64,000 bases of DNA, taken from positions 24,056,001-24,120,000 of the forward strand of contig JBNRSN020000034.1 in assembly GCA_051313645.2 (NCBI GenBank), written 5' to 3'. Of this stretch, positions 63,151 through 64,000 are shown one piece after another. Both the position numbers and the translations under genes were made by a program. The DNA comes from Centroscyllium fabricii (taxonomy: Eukaryota). Position 1 is the stretch's first letter; each line of letters begins with the position of its first letter. Below the pieces are notes generated by a model that was not told the DNA's origin, did not search any database, and saw only the letters and a list, made by a program, of their open reading frames with translations.

Positions 63151-63506
63151 ATATTTGTATTACTGCATTGTTCAGGCAATAAAGGACCTCAGAGACTTTC
63201 CTCCTGAAATGAACATCTTATAAAAAGCCTTTTTTTCAATTATCCACTTTTCAATATACATGTACATTATATTATTATACCTTTTTCAAAGTGTATGAAT
63301 TTATTATTGTTAATTATTGTTTATGATTTAAATTATAAAACAATAACATCAACAAACATCAAGAATTTGCTCAACTTGATCGTCGGCGAAACGTTAGACT
63401 ATCGTTGGGCATAAGTTGTGAACGCCGACAACACGCTAAGCATTCATTGGTATAAGTTGGTATAAGTTATCTGTAAGTTATCGATACGCTCTGTGTACAT
63501 TACTAA

Positions 63507-64000
63507 AGGCCCTGTCACACCTTGACGAATTAGCTAGCGCATGCCGACGTATGCAAATTTATCTAAAACGCTGGCGTTCGCTGAACTATCGATTTTTTTT
63601 CAGTTTTGGGCGTATAATAGCGTATTCATAACGAGTTGGACGTATGCATAACGTATTAGTAACGTACACAGAACGTATCGATAACTTACAGATAACTTAT
63701 ACCAACGAATGCTTAGCGTGTTGTCGGCGTTCACAACTTATGCCCAACGATAGTCTAACTTATGCATAGCGCGCGGCAGCGTATCGCCGACGTTTTAGAT
63801 AAATTTTGATACGTCGGCATATGCTAGCTAAATCGTCAAGGTGTGACAGGAGCATAAGTTCTGTGGTCGTCCGGAAGACGTCAAATACGTCTACATACGT
63901 CAATATGCGTTGGAGATACGTTACACATAGGTTCAAAGCACGTTACTCATAGGTTAGAAATAAGTTCCGGGTACGCTAGACATTATCTCGACGTATTTTG
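63507..64000 (-). mobile_element. Composite MITE (same structure as 41874) nested in reverse orientation in the parent's right arm
   Basis: Inserted after TAA (63504-63506). Internal TIR ends at about 63850 and is followed by the reverse-complemented left arm. Confidence 0.9.

Larger units (their letters stand above)
61094..64000 (+). mobile_element. Second Harbinger family, transposase-bearing copy; right end lies beyond the window
   Basis: Left TIR AGGCCCTGTCACACCTTGACG after TTA. Right arm starts at about 63378 and is interrupted at 63507. Confidence 0.92.

Noticed and set aside
2179-64000. Downstream QKI exons (KH domain)
   Set aside because: None recognised by eye or in the ORF track. 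Short exons could be missed without TBLASTN.

Overview
Eukaryotic, repeat-dense DNA, most likely from a cartilaginous fish (shark). The evidence is its repeat content: SacSINE1/DeuSINE-like, V-SINE/HE1-like, LF-SINE-like, CR1, L2, RTE, Vingi-like and Penelope-derived elements. I see no intact host gene, and most short ORFs in the track are artefacts of tandem repeats. Main content: (1) a 1.8-kb non-autonomous hAT element with a 5-bp TSD, inserted in a 24-bp satellite, carrying a promoter-like segment, exon 1 and the splice donor of a QKI (quaking) gene; (2) a near-intact two-gene PIF/Harbinger transposon (spliced Myb/SANT gene plus DDE transposase); (3) a second Harbinger family whose transposase contains a GT-AG intron that appears to have been created by an insertion duplicating CCAGGTA, plus several MITE derivatives including a three-ended composite; (4) three Penelope-derived palindromes carrying hammerhead-ribozyme cores; (5) several minisatellites. 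Family names come from motif recognition only, without database searches, and the boundaries of old repeats are approximate.
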